From Bugula neritina (Eukaryota; Animalia; Bryozoa), in NCBI GenBank assembly GCA_964035545.1, contig OZ037768.1, forward strand, positions 14,641,675 through 14,705,674: 64,000 bases of DNA, given 5' to 3'. A model generated the notes under the pieces. It ran no database searches, was not told the origin of the DNA, and worked only from the letters and a program-made list of their open reading frames with translations. Made by a program: the position numbers and the translations under genes. Position 1 is the first letter of the stretch. Each line of letters begins with the position of its first letter. Positions 26,690-44,809 of this stretch are shown here, piece by piece.

Positions 26690-29600
26690 ACTGCAACATA
26701 CTGAAACACACTGTAGAATACTGAAATATACTGCAACATACTGAAATATACTGCAAGATACTGCAACACACTGAAATACATTGTAAGATACCTAAATACA
26801 CTGCAACATTCTGCAAGATACTGCAACATATTGAAATACACTGTAACATATTGAAAAACACTGCAACACATTGAATAATACCGCAACATACCGAAGTATA
26901 TGGTAGCCTACTGAAATATACTGCGACATATTGAAATATACTGCAACATACTGAAATATATACCTAAAAAGATTGAAACATACTGAAATACACTGCAACA
27001 TACTAAAATATACTGAAAAACACTGTAACATACTGAAATACACTGCAACACACTGAAGTACAATGTAATATACAGAAATGTGCTGTAAAATACTGAAATA
27101 TACTTCAACATACTGAAAAATACCTAAAAATCTTGAAACATATTGAAATACACGGAAACATTCTGAAATACACTGCAACACATTGGAATATACTGCAACA
27201 TACCGAAATATATGGTAACCTACTGAAATATGTTTCAAACTACTGAAATATACAGCAACATACTGAAATACACCGTAACATACTGAAATACACTGCAACA
27301 TACTGAAATACACTGTACCATAATGAAATACACTGCAACACACTGAAATATACTGAAACATACTGAAATACATGGTAGCCTACTGAAATATGTTGCAAAC
27401 CACTGAAACATACTGCAACATCCTGCAACAAAAAGATTTATACGGTAACACACTGAAGCATACTGCAATATACTGAAATACACTGTAACATACTAAGGCA
27501 TTCTGCAACATACCAAAAAATATGGTAACCTACCGAAATATGTTACAAACTACTGAAACATAATGCAAACTTCCTGCACCATAATGAAATATACTGCAAC
27601 ATACTGAATGATACTGCAACATACTGCAACATACTGAAATACACTGTAGAATACTGAAATTACCTGCAACATACTGAAATATACTGCAAGATACTGCAAC
27701 ATACTGAAATACATTGTAAGATACCTAAATACACTGCAACATACTGCAACATACTGCAACATGTTGAAATACACTGTAACATATTGAAAAACACTGCAAC
27801 ACATTTAAATATACCGCAACGTACCGAAGTATATGGTAGCCAACTGAAATATACTGCGGCATATTGAAATATACTGCAACATACTGAAATATGCTGTAAC
27901 ATACTGAAAGATACTGCAAGATACTGCAACATACTGAAACACATTGTAAGATACTGAAATACACTGCAACATACTGCAACATACTGCAACATACTGCAAC
28001 ATACTGCAACATACTGCAACATACTGAAATACACTGTAACATATTGAAAAACACTGACACACATTGAAATATACTGCAACATACTGAAACATACGGCAAC
28101 ATACTGAAATATGCTGTAGCATACTGAAATACACTGCAACACACTGAATTATACTGTAATATACAGAACTTTACTGTAACATACTGAAATATACATCAAC
28201 ATACTGAAATGTACTGCAACATGCTGAAATATACTGCAACATACTGAAATACACTGTAACACACTGAATTACACTGCAACATACTGAAATACACTGTTAC
28301 ACATTAAAATACACCGCAACACACTGAAATATACTGAAACATACCGAAATATATGGTAACCTACTGAGACATGTTGCAAACCACTGAAACATACTGCAAC
28401 ATCCTGCAACAAAATGAAATTTACTGTAACACACTGAAACAGAGTGCAAAATACTGAAACATACTGTAACATACTAAGACATACTGCAACATACTGAAAT
28501 ATAATGCAACATACTGAAATATGCTGTAACATACTGAAAGATACTGCAAGATACTGCAACATACTGAAACACATTGTAAGATACTGAAATACACTGCAAC
28601 ATACTGCAACATACTGCAACATACTGCAACATACTGCAACATACTGAAATACACTGTAACATATTGAAAAACACTGACACACATTGAAATATACTGCAAC
28701 ATACTGAAACATACGGCAACATACTGAAATATACTGCGACACATTGAAATATACTGCAACATACTGCAACATACTGAAACACACTGTAGAATACTGAAAT
28801 ATACTGCAACATACTGAAATATACTGCAAGATACTGCAACACACTGAAATACATTGTAAGATACCTAAATACACTGCAACATTCTGCAAGATACTGCAAC
28901 ACACTGAAATACATTGTAAGATACCTAAATACACTGCAACATTCTGCAAGATACTGCAACATATTGAAATACACTGTAACATATTGAAAAACACTGCAAC
29001 ACATTGAATAATACCGCAACATACCGAAGTATATGGTAGCCTACTGAAATATACTGCGACATATTGAAATATACTGCAACATACTGAAATATATACCTAA
29101 AAAGATTGAAACATACTGAAATACACTGCAACATACTAAAATATACTGAAAAACACTGTAACATACTGAAATACACTGCAACACACTGAAGTACAATGTA
29201 ATATACAGAAATGTGCTGTAAAATACTGAAATATACTTCAACATACTGAAAAATACCTAAAAATCTTGAAACATATTGAAATACACGGAAACATTCTGAA
29301 ATACACTGCAACACATTGGAATATACTGCAACATACCGAAATATATGGTAACCTACTGAAATATGTTTCAAACTACTGAAATATACAGCAACATACTGAA
29401 ATACACCGTAACATACTGAAATACACTGCAACATACTGAAATACACTGTACCATAATGAAATACACTGCAACACACTGAAATATACTGAAACATACTGAA
29501 ATACATGGTAGCCTACTGAAATATGTTGCAAACCACTGAAACATACTGCAACATCCTGCAACAAAAAGATTTATACGGTAACACACTGAAGCATACTGCA

Positions 29601-31100
29601 ATATACTGAAATACACTGTAACATACTAAGGCATTCTGCAACATACCAAAAAATATGGTAACCTACCGAAATATGTTACAAACTACTGAAACATAATGCA
29701 AACTTCCTGCACCATAATGAAATATACTGCAACATACTGAATGATACTGCAACATACTGCAACATACTGAAATACACTGTAGAATACTGAAATTACCTGC
29801 AACATACTGAAATATACTGCAAGATACTGCAACATACTGAAATACATTGTAAGATACCTAAATACACTGCAACATACTGCAACATACTGCAACATGTTGA
29901 AATACACTGTAACATATTGAAAAACACTGCAACACATTTAAATATACCGCAACGTACCGAAGTATATGGTAGCCAACTGAAATATACTGCGGCATATTGA
30001 AATATACTGCAACATACTGAAATATGCTGTAACATACTGAAAGATACTGCAAGATACTGCAACATACTGAAACACATTGTAAGATACTGAAATACACTGC
30101 AACATACTGCAACATACTGCAACATACTGCAACATACTGCAACATACTGCAACATACTGAAATACACTGTAACATATTGAAAAACACTGACACACATTGA
30201 AATATACTGCAACATACTGAAACATACGGCAACATACTGAAATATGCTGTAGCATACTGAAATACACTGCAACACACTGAATTATACTGTAATATACAGA
30301 ACTTTACTGTAACATACTGAAATATACATCAACATACTGAAATGTACTGCAACATGCTGAAATATACTGCAACATACTGAAATACACTGTAACACACTGA
30401 ATTACACTGCAACATACTGAAATACACTGTTACACATTAAAATACACCGCAACACACTGAAATATACTGAAACATACCGAAATATATGGTAACCTACTGA
30501 GACATGTTGCAAACCACTGAAACATACTGCAACATCCTGCAACAAAATGAAATTTACTGTAACACACTGAAACAGAGTGCAAAATACTGAAACATACTGT
30601 AACATACTAAGACATACTGCAACATACTGAAATATAATGCAACATACTGAAATATGCTGTAACATACTGAAAGATACTGCAAGATACTGCAACATACTGA
30701 AACACATTGTAAGATACTGAAATACACTGCAACATACTGCAACATACTGCAACATACTGCAACATACTGCAACATACTGAAATACACTGTAACATATTGA
30801 AAAACACTGACACACATTGAAATATACTGCAACATACTGAAACATACGGCAACATACTGAAATATACTGCGACACATTGAAATATACTGCAACATACTGC
30901 AACATACTGAAACACACTGTAGAATACTGAAATATACTGCAACATACTGAAATATACTGCAAGATACTGCAACACACTGAAATACATTGTAAGATACCTA
31001 AATACACTGCAACATTCTGCAAGATACTGCAACATATTGAAATACACTGTAACATATTGAAAAACACTGCAACACATTGAAATATACCGCAACATACCGA
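26690..31100. repeat. Higher-order repeat, period 2,073/2,133 bp
   Basis: ORF pairs 26792/28925, 27235/29368 and 28269/30402. The 60-bp difference comes from a perfect duplication at 28831-28950. Confidence 0.88.
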
Positions 31101-34100
31101 AATATATGGTAACCTACTGAAATATGTTTCAAACTACTGAAATATACAGCAACATACTGAAATACACCGTAACATACTGAAATACACTGCAACATACTGA
31201 AATACACTGTACCATATTGAAATACACTGCAACACACTGAAATATACTGAAACATACTGAAATACATGGTAGCCTACTGAAATATGTTGCAAACCACAGA
31301 AACATACTGCAACATCCTGCAACAAAAAGATTTATACGGTAACACACTGAAGCATACTGCAATATACTGAAATACACTGTAACATACTAAGGCATTCTGC
31401 AACATACCAAAAAATATGGTAACCTACCGAAATATGTTACAAACTACTGAAACATAATGCAAACTTCCTGCACCATAATGAAATATACTGCAACATACTG
31501 GATGATACTGCAACATACTGCAACATACTGAAATACACTGTAGAATACTGAAATTAACTGCAACATACTGAAATATACTGCAAGATACTGCAACATACTG
31601 AAATACATTGTAAGATACCTAAATACACTGCAACATACTGCAACATACTGCAACATGTTGAAATACACTGTAACATATTGAAAAACACTGCAACACATTT
31701 AAATATACCGCAACGTACCGAAGTATATGGTAGCCTACTGAAATATACTGCGGCATATTGAAATATACTGCAACATACTGAAATATGCTGTAACATACTG
31801 AAAGATACTGCAAGATACTGCAACATACTGAAACACATTGTAAGATACTGAAATACACTGCAACATACTGCAACATACTGCAACATACTGAAATACACTG
31901 TAACATATTGAAAAACACTGACACACATTGAAATATACTGCAACATACTGAAACATACGGCAACATACTGAAATATACTGCGACACATTGAAATATACTG
32001 CAACATACTGAAATATGCTGTAGCATACTGAAATACACTGCAACACACTGAAGTATACTGTAATATACAGAACTTTACTGTAACATACTGAAATATACAT
32101 CAACATACTGAAATGTACTGCAACATGCTGAAATATACTGCAACATACTGAAATACACTGTAACATACTGAATTACAATGCAACATACTGAAATACACTG
32201 TTACACATTAAGATACACTGCAACACACTGAAATATACTGAAACACACCGAATTATATGGTAACCTACTGAAATATGTTGCAAACTACTGAAACATACTG
32301 CCACATCCTGCAACAAAATGAAATATACTGTAACACACTGAAACATACTGCAAAATACTGAAATTAACTGTGACATACTAAGACATACTGCAACATACTG
32401 AAATATAATGCAACATACTGAAATATACTCCAACATACTAAAATACACTGCAACACACTGCAACATACTGAAATATACTGTAACATATTAAAATACACTG
32501 CAACATACTGCACCATATCGAAATACACTGCAACACATTGGAATATTCTGCAACATACCGAAATATATTGTAACCTACTGAATTATGTTACAAACTACTG
32601 AAATATACTGGAACATACTGCAACATAATGAAATATACTGCAACATACTGAAAGATACTGCAACATACTGCAACATACTGAAGTACACTGCAACACATTG
32701 AAATATACTGCAACATACAGAAATATATGGTAACCTACGGAAACATGTTGCAAACCACTGAAACACACTGCAACATACTGCACCATAATGAATTATACTG
32801 CAACATACTGAAAGATACTGCAACATACTGCAACATACTGAAACACACTGTAGAATACTGAAATATACTGCAACATACTGAAATATACTGCAAGATACTG
32901 CAACACACTGAAATACATTGTAAGATACCTAAATACACTGCAACATTCTGCAAGATACTGCAACATATTGAAATACACTGTAACATATTGAAAAACACTG
33001 CAACACATTGAATAATACCGCAACATACCGAAGTATATGGTAGCCTACTGAAATATACTGCGACATATTGAAATATACTGCAACATACTGAAATATATAC
33101 CTAAAAAGATTGAAACATACTGAAATACACTGCAACATACTAAAATATACTGAAAAACACTGTAACATACTGAAATACACTGCAACACACTGAAGTACAA
33201 TGTAATATACAGAAATGTGCTGTAAAATACTGAAATATACTTCAACATACTGAAAAATACCTAAAAATCTTGAAACATATTGAAATACACGGAAACATTC
33301 TGAAATACACTGCAACACATTGGAATATACTGCAACATACCGAAATATATGGTAACCTACTGAAATATGTTTCAAACTACTGAAATATACAGCAACATAC
33401 TGAAATACACCGTAACATACTGAAATACACTGCAACATACTGAAATACACTGTACCATATTGAAATACACTGCAACACACTGAAATATACTGAAACATAC
33501 TGAAATACATGGTAGCCTACTGAAATATGTTGCAAACCACTGAAACATACTGCAACATCCTGCAACAAAAAGATTTATACGGTAACACACTGAAGCATAC
33601 TGCAATATACTGAAATACACTGTAACATACTAAGGCATTCTGCAACATACCAAAAAATATGGTAACCTACCGAAATATGTTACAAACTACTGAAACATAA
33701 TGCAAACTTCCTGCACCATAATGAAATATACTGCAACATACTGAATGATACTGCAACATACTGCAACATACTGAAATACACTGTAGAATACTGAAATTAA
33801 CTGCAACATACTGAAATATACTGCAAGATACTGCAACATACTGAAATACATTGTAAGATACCTAAATACACTGCAACATACTGCAACATACTGCAACATG
33901 TTGAAATACACTGTAACATATTGAAAAACACTGCAACACATTTAAATATACCGCAACGTACCGAAGTATATGGTAGCCAACTGAAATATACTGCGGCATA
34001 TTGAAATATACTGCAACATACTAAAATATGCTGTAACATACTGAAAGATACTGCAAGATACTGCAACATACTGAAACACATTGTAAGATACTGAAATACA

Positions 34101-37100
34101 CTGCAACATACTGCAACATACTGCAACATACTGCAACATACTGCAACATACTGCAACATACTGAAATACACTGTAACATATTGAAAAACACTGACACACA
34201 TTGAAATATACTGCAACATACTGAAACATACGGCAACATACTGAAATATACTGCGACACATTGAAATATACTGCAACATACTGAAATATGCTGTAGCATA
34301 CTGAAATACACTGCAACACACTGAATTATACTGTAATATACAGAACTTTACTGTAACATACTGAAATATACATCAACATACTGAAATGTACTGCAACATG
34401 CTGAAATATACTGCAACATACTGAAATACACTGTAACCCACTGAATTACACTGCAACATACTGAAATACACTGTTACACATTAAAATACACCGCAACACA
34501 CTGAAATATACTGAAACATACCGAAATATATGGTAACCTACTGAGACATGTTGCAAACCACTGAAACATACTGCAACATCCTGCAACAAAATGAAATTTA
34601 CTGTAACACACTGAAACAGAGTGCAAAATACTGAAACATACTGTAACATACTAAGACATACTGCAACATACTGAAATATAATGCAACATACTGAAATATG
34701 CTGTAACATACTGAAAGATACTGCAAGATACTGCAACATACTGAAACACATTGTAAGATACTGAAATACACTGCAACATACTGCAACATACTGCAACATA
34801 CTGCAACATACTGCAACATACTGAAATACACTGTAACATATTGAAAAACACTGACACACATTGAAATATACTGCAACATACTGAAACATACGGCAACATA
34901 CTGAAATATACTGCGACACATTGAAATATACTGCAACATACTGAAATATGCTGTAGCATACTGAAATACACTGCAACACACTGAAGTATACTGTAATATA
35001 CAGAACTTTACTGTAACATACTGAAATATACATCAACATACTGAAATGTACTGCAACATGCTGAAATATACTGCAAGATACTGAAATACACTGTAACATA
35101 CTGAATTACACTGCAACATACTGAAATACACTGTTACACATTAAAATACACTGCAACACACTGAAATATACTGAAACACACCGAATTATATGGCAACCTA
35201 CTGAAATATGTTGCAAACTACTGAAACATACTGCCACATCCTGCAACAAAACGAAATATACTGTAACACACTGAAACATACTGCAAAATACTGAAATTAA
35301 CTGTGACATACTAAGACATACTGCAACATACTGTAATATAATGCAACATACTGAAATATACTCCAACATACTAAAATACACTGCAACACACTGCAACATA
35401 CTGAAATATATTGTAACATATTGAAATACACTGCAACATACTGCAACATATCGAAATACACTGCAACACATCGGAATATTCTGCAACATACCGAAATATA
35501 TTGTAACCTACTGAATTATGTTACAAACTACTGAAATATACTGGAACATACTGCAACATAATGAAATATACTGCAACATACTGAAAGATACTGCAACATA
35601 CTGCGACATACTGAAGTACACTGCAACACATTGAAATATACTGCAACATACCGAAATATATGGTAACCTACGGAAACATGTTGCAAACCACTGAAACACA
35701 CTGCAACATACTGCACCATAATGAATTATACTGCAACATACTGAAAGATACTGCAACATGCTGCAACATACCGAAACACACTGTAGAATACTGAAATATA
35801 CTGCAACATACTGAAATATACTGCAAGATACTGCAACACACTGAAATACATAGTAAGATACTTAAATACACTGCAACATTCTACAAGATACTGCAACATA
35901 ATGAAATACACTGTAACATATTGAAAAACACTGCAACACATTGAAATATACCGCAACATACCGAAATATATGGTAAGCTACTGAAATATGTTTCAAACTA
36001 CTGAAATATACAGCAACATACTGAAGTACACCGTAACATACTGAAATACACTGCAACATACTGAAATACACTGTACCATATTGAAATACACTGCAACACA
36101 CTGAAATATACTGAAACATACTGAAATACATGGTAGCCTACTGAAATATGTTGCAAACCACTGAAACATACTGCAACATCCTGCAACAAAAAGATTTATA
36201 CGGTAACACACTGAAGCATACTGCAATATACTGAAATACACTGCAACACACTGCAACATACTGAAATATACTGTAACATATTGAATTACACTGCAACATA
36301 CTGCAACATATCGAAATACACTGCAACACATTGGAATATTCTGCAACATACCGAAATATATTGTAACCTACTGAATTATGTTACAAACTACTGAAATATA
36401 CTGGAACATACTGCAACATAATGAAATATACTGCGACATATTGAAATATACTGCAACATACTGAAATATATACCTAAAAATATTGAATTATACTGAAATA
36501 CACTGCAACATACTAAAATATAATGAAAAACACTGTAACATACTGAAATACACTGCAACACACTGAAGTACAATGTAATATACAGAAATGTGCTGTAAAA
36601 TACTGAAATATACTTCAATATACTGAAAAATACCTAAAAATCTTGAAACATATTGAAATACACGGAAACATTCTGAAATACACTGCAACACATTGGAATA
36701 TACTGCAACATACCGAAATATATGGTAACCTACTGAAATATGTTTCAAACTACTGAAATATACAGCAACATACTGAAATACACCGTAACATACTGAAATA
36801 CACTGCAACATACTGAAATACACTGTACCATATTGAAATACACTGCAACACACTGAAATATACTGAAACATACTGAAATACATGGTAGCCTACTGAAATA
36901 TGTTGCAAACCACTGAAACATACTGCAACATCCTGCAACAAAAAGATTTATACGGTAACACACTGAAGCATACTGCAATATACTGAAATACACTGTAACA
37001 TACTAAGGCATTCTGCAACATACCAAAAAATATGGTAACCTACCGAAATATGTTACAAACTACTGAAACATAATGCAAACTTCCTGCACCATAATGAAAT

Positions 37101-38449
37101 ATACTGCAACATACTGAATGATACTGCAACATACTGCAACATACTGAAATACACTGTAGAATACTGAAATTAACTGCAACATACTGAAATATACTGCAAG
37201 ATACTGCAACATACTGAAATACATTGTAAGATACCTAAATACACTGCAACATACTGCAACATACTGCAACATGTTGAAATACACTGTAACATATTGAAAA
37301 ACACTGCAACACATTTAAATATACCGCAACGTACCGAAGTATATGGTAGCCTACTGAAATATACTGCGGCATATTGAAATATACTGCAACATACTGAAAT
37401 ATGCTGTAACATACTGAAAGATACTGCAAGATACTGCAACATACTGAAACACATTGTAAGATACTGAAATACACTGCAACATACTGCAACATACTGCAAC
37501 ATACTGCAACATACTGAAATACACTGTAACATATTGAAAAACACTGACACACATTGAAATATACTGCAACATACTGAAACATACGGCAACATACTGAAAT
37601 ATACTGCGACACATTGAAATATACTGCAACATACTGAAATATGCTGTAGCATACTGAAATACACTGCAACACACTGAAATATACTGTAATATACAGAACT
37701 TTACTGTAACATACTGAAATATACATCAACATACTGAAATGTACTGCAACATGCTGAAATATACTGCAACATACTGAAATACACTGTAACATACTGAATT
37801 ACACTGCAACATACTGAAATACACTGTTACACATTAAAATACACCGCAACACACTGAAATATACTGAAACATACCGAAATATATGGTAACCTTCTGAGAC
37901 ATGTTGCAAACCACTGAAACATACTGCAACATCCTGCAACAAAATGAAATTTACTGTAACACACTGAAACAGAGTGCAAAATACTGAAACATACTGTAAC
38001 ATACTAAGACATACTGCGACATACTGAAATATAATGCAACATACTGAAATATACTTCAACATACTAAAATACACTGCAAAACACTGCAACATACTAAAAA
38101 ATACTGAAAAACACTGTAACATACTGAAACACACTGCAACACACTGAAGTATAATGTAATATACAGAAATGTGCTGTAAAATACTGAAATATACTTCAAC
38201 ATACTGAAAAATACCTAAAAATCTTGAAACATATTGAAATACACGGAAACATTGTGAAATACACTGCAACACATTGGAATATACTGCAACATACCGAAAT
38301 ATATGGTAACCTACTGAAATATGTTTCAAACTACTGAAATATACAGCAACATACTGAAATACACCGTAACATACTGAAATACACTGCAACATACTGAAAT
38401 ACACTGTACCATATTGAAATACACTGCAACACACTGAAATATACTGAAA

Positions 38450-41400
38450 CATACTGAAATATATGGTAGCCTACTGAGGCACGTTGCAAACCACTGAAAC
38501 ATACTGCAACATACTGCGACAAAATGAATTATACTGTAACACACTGAAACATACCGCAAAATACTGGAATATACTGTAACATATTAGGACATACTGCAAC
38601 ATACTGAAATATAATGCAACTTACTGCAAGATGAAGAAATATACTGCAACATACTGCAACATACCGAAATACACTCTAACATACTGAAATATACTGCAAC
38701 ATACTGCAACATATTGAAATACACCGTAACATATTGAAAAACACTGCGACAAATTGAACTATACTGCAACATACTGAAACATACGGCAACATACTAAAAA
38801 AACTGCGACACATTGAGATATACTGCAACATACTGAAATATGCTGTAGCATACTGAAATACACTGCAAAGCACGGAAGTATACTGTAATATACAGAAATT
38901 TACTGTAACATACTGAAACATACATACACATACTGAAATGTACTGCAACATGCTGAAATAAACTGCAACATACTGAAATACACTGTAACATACTGAATTA
39001 CACTGCAACATACTGAAATACACTGTTACACATTAAAATACACTGCAACACACTGAAATATACTGAAACACACCGAATTATATGGTAACCTACTGAAATA
39101 TGTTGCAAACTACTGAAATATACTGCCACATCCTGCAACAAAATGAAATATACTGTAACACACTGAAACATACTGCAAAATACTGAAGTTAACTGTGACA
39201 TACTAAGACATACTGCAACATAATGAAATATAATGCAACATACTGAAATATACTCCAACATACTAAAATACACTGCAACACACTGCAACATACTGAAATA
39301 TACTGTAACATATTGAAATACACTGCAACATAATGCAACATATCGAAATACACTGCAACACATTGGAATATTCTGCAACATACCGAAATATATTGTAACC
39401 TACTGAATTATGTTACAAACTACTGAAATATACTGGAACATACTGCAACATAATGAAATATACTGCAACATACTGAAAGATACTGCATCATACTGCAACA
39501 TACTGAAGTACACTGCAACACATTGAAATATACTGCAACATACCGAAATATATTGTAACCTACGGAAACATGTTGCAAACCACTGAAACACACTGCAACA
39601 GACTGCGACAAAATGAATTATACTGTAACACACTGAAACATACCGCAAAATACTGAAATATACTGTAACATATTAAGAAATACTGCAACATACTGAAATA
39701 TAATGCAGCCTACTGCAACATAATGAAAGATACTGCAACATACTGCAACATACCGAAATACACTCTAACATACTGAAATATACTGCAACATACTGCAACA
39801 TATTGAAACACACCGTAACATATTGAAAAACACTGCGACAAATTGAACTATACTGCAACATACTGAAACATACGGCCACATACTGAAATATAATGCGACA
39901 CATTGAAATATACTGCAACATACTGAAATATACTGAAACATACTGAAATATATGGTAGCCTACTGAAATATGTTGCAAACCACTGAAACATACTGCAACA
40001 TCCTGCAACAAAATGATTTATACGGTAACACACTGAAGCATACTGCAATATACTGAAATACACTGTAACATACTAAGGCATTCTGCAACATACCGAAAAA
40101 TATGGTAACCTACCGAAATATGTTACAAACTACTGAAACATAATGCAAACTTCCTGCACCATAATGAAATATACTGCAACATCCTGAATGATACTGCAAC
40201 ATACTGCAACATACTGAAATACACTGTAGAATACTGAAATTAACTGCAACATACTGAAATATACTGCAAGATACTGCAACATACTGAAATACATTGTAAG
40301 ATACCTAAATACACTGCAACATACTGCAACATACTGCAACATGTTGAAATACACTGTAACATATTGAAAAACACTGCAACACATTTAAATATACCGCAAC
40401 GTACCGAAGTATATGGTAGCCTACTGAAATATACTGCGACATATTGAAATATACTGCAACATACTGAAATATGCTGTAACATACTAAGACATACTGCAAC
40501 ATACTGAAATATGATGCAACATACTGAAATATACTTCAACATACTAAAATACACTACAACACACTGCAACATAACGAAACATACTGCAACATACTGAAAT
40601 ACACTGTAACATACTGAATTACACTGCAACATACTGTAACATACTGAAGTCGACTGCAACACATTGAAATATGTTGCAACATACCGAATTATACTTCAAC
40701 ATACTAAAAAATACCGAAAAATATTGAAACATGCTGTAATACACTGTAACATACTGAAATACACTGTAACATATTGAAATACACTGCAACACACTGAAGT
40801 ATACTGAGATATACAGAAATGTATTGTAACATACTGAAACGTGCGGCAACATACTAAAATAAACTGCGACACATTAAAATATACTGCAACATACTAAAAT
40901 ATGCTGTAGCATATTGAAATACACTGCAAAACACGGAAGTATACTGTAATGTACAGAAATTCACTGTAACATACTGAAACATACGTCAACATACTGAAAT
41001 GTACTACAGAACACTGCAATATACTGAAACATACCGAAATATATGGTAACCTAATGAGGCACGTTGCAAACCACTGAAACATACTGCAACATACTGCGAC
41101 AAAATGAATTATACTGTAACACACTGAAACATACCGCAAAATACTGGAATATACTGTAACATATTAGGACATACTGCAACATACTGAAATATAATGCAAC
41201 TTACTGCAAGATAATAAAATATACTGCAACATACTGCAACATACCGAAATACACTCTAACATACTGAAATATACTGCAACATACTGCAACATATTGAAAT
41301 ACACCGTAACATATTGAAAAACACTGCGACAAATTGAACTACACTGCAACATACTGAAACATACGGCAACATACTAAAATAAACTGCGACACATTGAGAT

Positions 41401-42500
41401 ATACTGCAACATACTGAAACATGCTGTAGCATACTGAAATACACTGCAAAGCACGGAAGTATACTGTAATATACAGGAATTTACTGTAACATACTGAAAC
41501 ATACATACACATACTGAAATGTACTGCAACATGCTGAAATATACTGCAACATACTGAAATACACTGTAACATACTGAATTACACTGCAACATACTGAAAT
41601 ACACTGTTACACATTAAAATACACTGCAACACACTGAAATATACTGAAACACACCGAATTATATGGTAACCTACTGAAATATGTTGCAAACTACTGAAAC
41701 ATACTGCCACATCCTGCAACAAAATGAAATATACTGTAACACACTGAAACATACTTCAAAATACTGAAATTAACTGTGACATACTAAGACATACTGCAAC
41801 ATACTGAAATATAATGCAACATATTGAAATATACTCCAACATACTAAAATACACTGCAACACACTGCAACATACTGAAATATACTGTAACATATTGAAAT
41901 ACACTGCAACATACTGCAACATATCGAAATACACTGCAACACATTGGAATATTCTGCAACATACCGAAATGTATTGTAACCTACTGAATTATGTTACAAA
42001 CTACTGAAATATACTGGAACATACTGCAACATAATGAAATATACTGCAACATACTGAAAGATACTGCAACATACTGCAACATACTGAAGTACACTGCAAC
42101 ACATTGAAATATACTGCAACATACCGAAATATATGGTAACCTACGGAAACATGTTGCAAACCACTGAAACACACTGCAACAGACTGCGACAAAATGAATT
42201 ATACTGTAACACACTGAAACATACCGCAAAATACTGAAATATACTGTAACATATTAAGACATACTGCAACATACTGAAATATAATGCAGCTTAATGCAAC
42301 ATAATGAAAGATACTGCAACATACTGCAACATACCGAAATACACTCTAACATACTGAAATATACTGCAACATACTGCAACATATTGAAACACACCGTAAC
42401 GCATTGAAAAACACTGCGACAAATTGAACTATACTGCAACATACTGAAACATACGGCAACATACTGAAATATAATGCGACACATTGAAATATACTGCAAC
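38450..42500. repeat. Higher-order duplication, offset 2,580-2,581 bp
   Basis: ORF pairs 38584/41164 and 39400/41981. Boundaries approximate. Confidence 0.75.
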
Positions 42501-44809
42501 ATACTGAAATATGCTGTAGCATACTGAAATACACTGCCACACACTGAAGTATACTGGGATATACAGAAATGTACTGTAACATACTGAAACATACGGCAAC
42601 GTACTAAAATAAACTGCGACACAATAAAATATACTGCAACATACTAAAATATGCTGTAGCATACTGAAATACACTGCAAAACACGGAAGTATACTGTAAT
42701 ATACCGAAATTTACTGTAACATACTTAAACATACGTCAACATACTGAAATGTACTACAGCACACTGCAATATACTGAAACATACCGAAATATATGGTAAC
42801 CTACTGAGAGACGTTGCAAACCACTGAAACATACTGCAACATCCTGCAACAAAATGAAATCTACTGTAACACACTGAAACAGAGTGCAAAATACTGAAAC
42901 ATACTGTAACATACTAAGACATACTGCAACATACTGAAATATAATGCAACATACTGAAATATACTTCAACCTACTAAAATACACTGCAAAACACTGCAAC
43001 ATACTGAAATATACTGAAAAACACTGTAACATATTGAAATACACCGCAACACATTGAAATATTCCGCAACATACCGAAATATATGGTAACCTAATGAAAT
43101 ATACTGTAACACGTTGAAGTACACTGCAACATACTGAAATACACTGCAACACACTAAATTATACTGTAATTTACACAAATGTACTGTAACATACTGAACA
43201 ATGCGGCAACATATTGAAATATACTGCAACACATTGAAATATGCTGCAACTTACTGAAATGCGCTGTAGCATACTGAAATACACTGCAACACACTGAAGT
43301 ATACTGTAATATACAGATATGTACTGTTAAATACTGAAATGTACTTCAACATACTGAAAAATACCTAAGAATATTGAAACATATTGAAATACACTGAAAC
43401 ATACTGAAATACACTGCAACACATTGGAATATACTGCAACATACCGAAATATATGGGAACCTACTGAAATATGTTGCAAACCACTGAAACATACTGCAAC
43501 ATCCTGCAACAAAATGAATTATACGGTAACACACTGAAGCATACTGCAATATACTGAAATACACTGTAACATACGAAGACATACTGCAACATACCGAAAA
43601 ATATGGTAACCTACTGAAAAATGTTACAAACTACCGAAACATACTGCAACATACTGCACCATGATGAATTATACTGCAACATACTGAAAGATACTGCAAC
43701 ATACTGCAACATACTGAAACACACTGTAGAATACTGAAATATACTGCAACATACTGAAGTATACTGCAAGATACTGCAACACACTGAAATACATTGTAAG
43801 ATACCTAAATACACTGCAACATTCTGCAAGATACTGCAACATATTGAAATACACTGTAACATATTGAAAAACACTGCAACACATTGAAATATACCGCAAC
43901 ATACCGAAGTATATGGTAGCCTACTGAAATATACTGCGACATATTGAAATATACTGCAACATACTGAAATGTGCTGTAGCATACTGAAATACACTGCAAC
44001 ACACTGAAGTATACTGTAATATACAGAAATGTACTGTAAAACACTGAAATATACTTCAACATACTGAAAACTACCTGAAAATAGTGAAACATACTGAAAT
44101 ACACTGTAACATACCGAAATACACTGCAACACATTGGAATATACTGCAACATACCGAAATATATGGTAACCTACTGAAATATGTTACAAACTACTGAAAC
44201 ATACTGCAACATACTGCAACATAATGAAATATACTGCAACATACTGAAAGATACTGCAAGATACTGCAACATACTGAAACACATTGTAAGATACTGAAAT
44301 ACACTGCAACATACTGCAACATACTGCAACATGCTGCAACATACTGAAATACACTGTAACATATTGAAAAACACTGACACACATTGAAATATACTGCAAC
44401 ATACTGAAACATACGGCAACATACTGAAATATCCTGCGACACATTGAAATATACTGCAACATACTGAAATATGCTGTAGCATACTGAAATACACTGCAAC
44501 ACACTGAAGTATACTGTAATATACAGAACTTTACTGTAACATACTGAAATATACATCAACATACTGAAATGTACTGCAACATGCTGAATTATACTGCAAC
44601 ATACTGAAATACACTGTAACATACTGAATTACACTGCAACATACTGAAATACACTGTTACACACTAAAATACACCGCAACACACTGAAATATACTGAAAC
44701 ATACCGAAATATATGGTAACCTACTGAGACATGTTGCAAACCACTGAAACATACTGCAACATCCTGCAACAAATTGAAATTTACTGTAACACACTGAAAC
44801 AGAGTGCAA

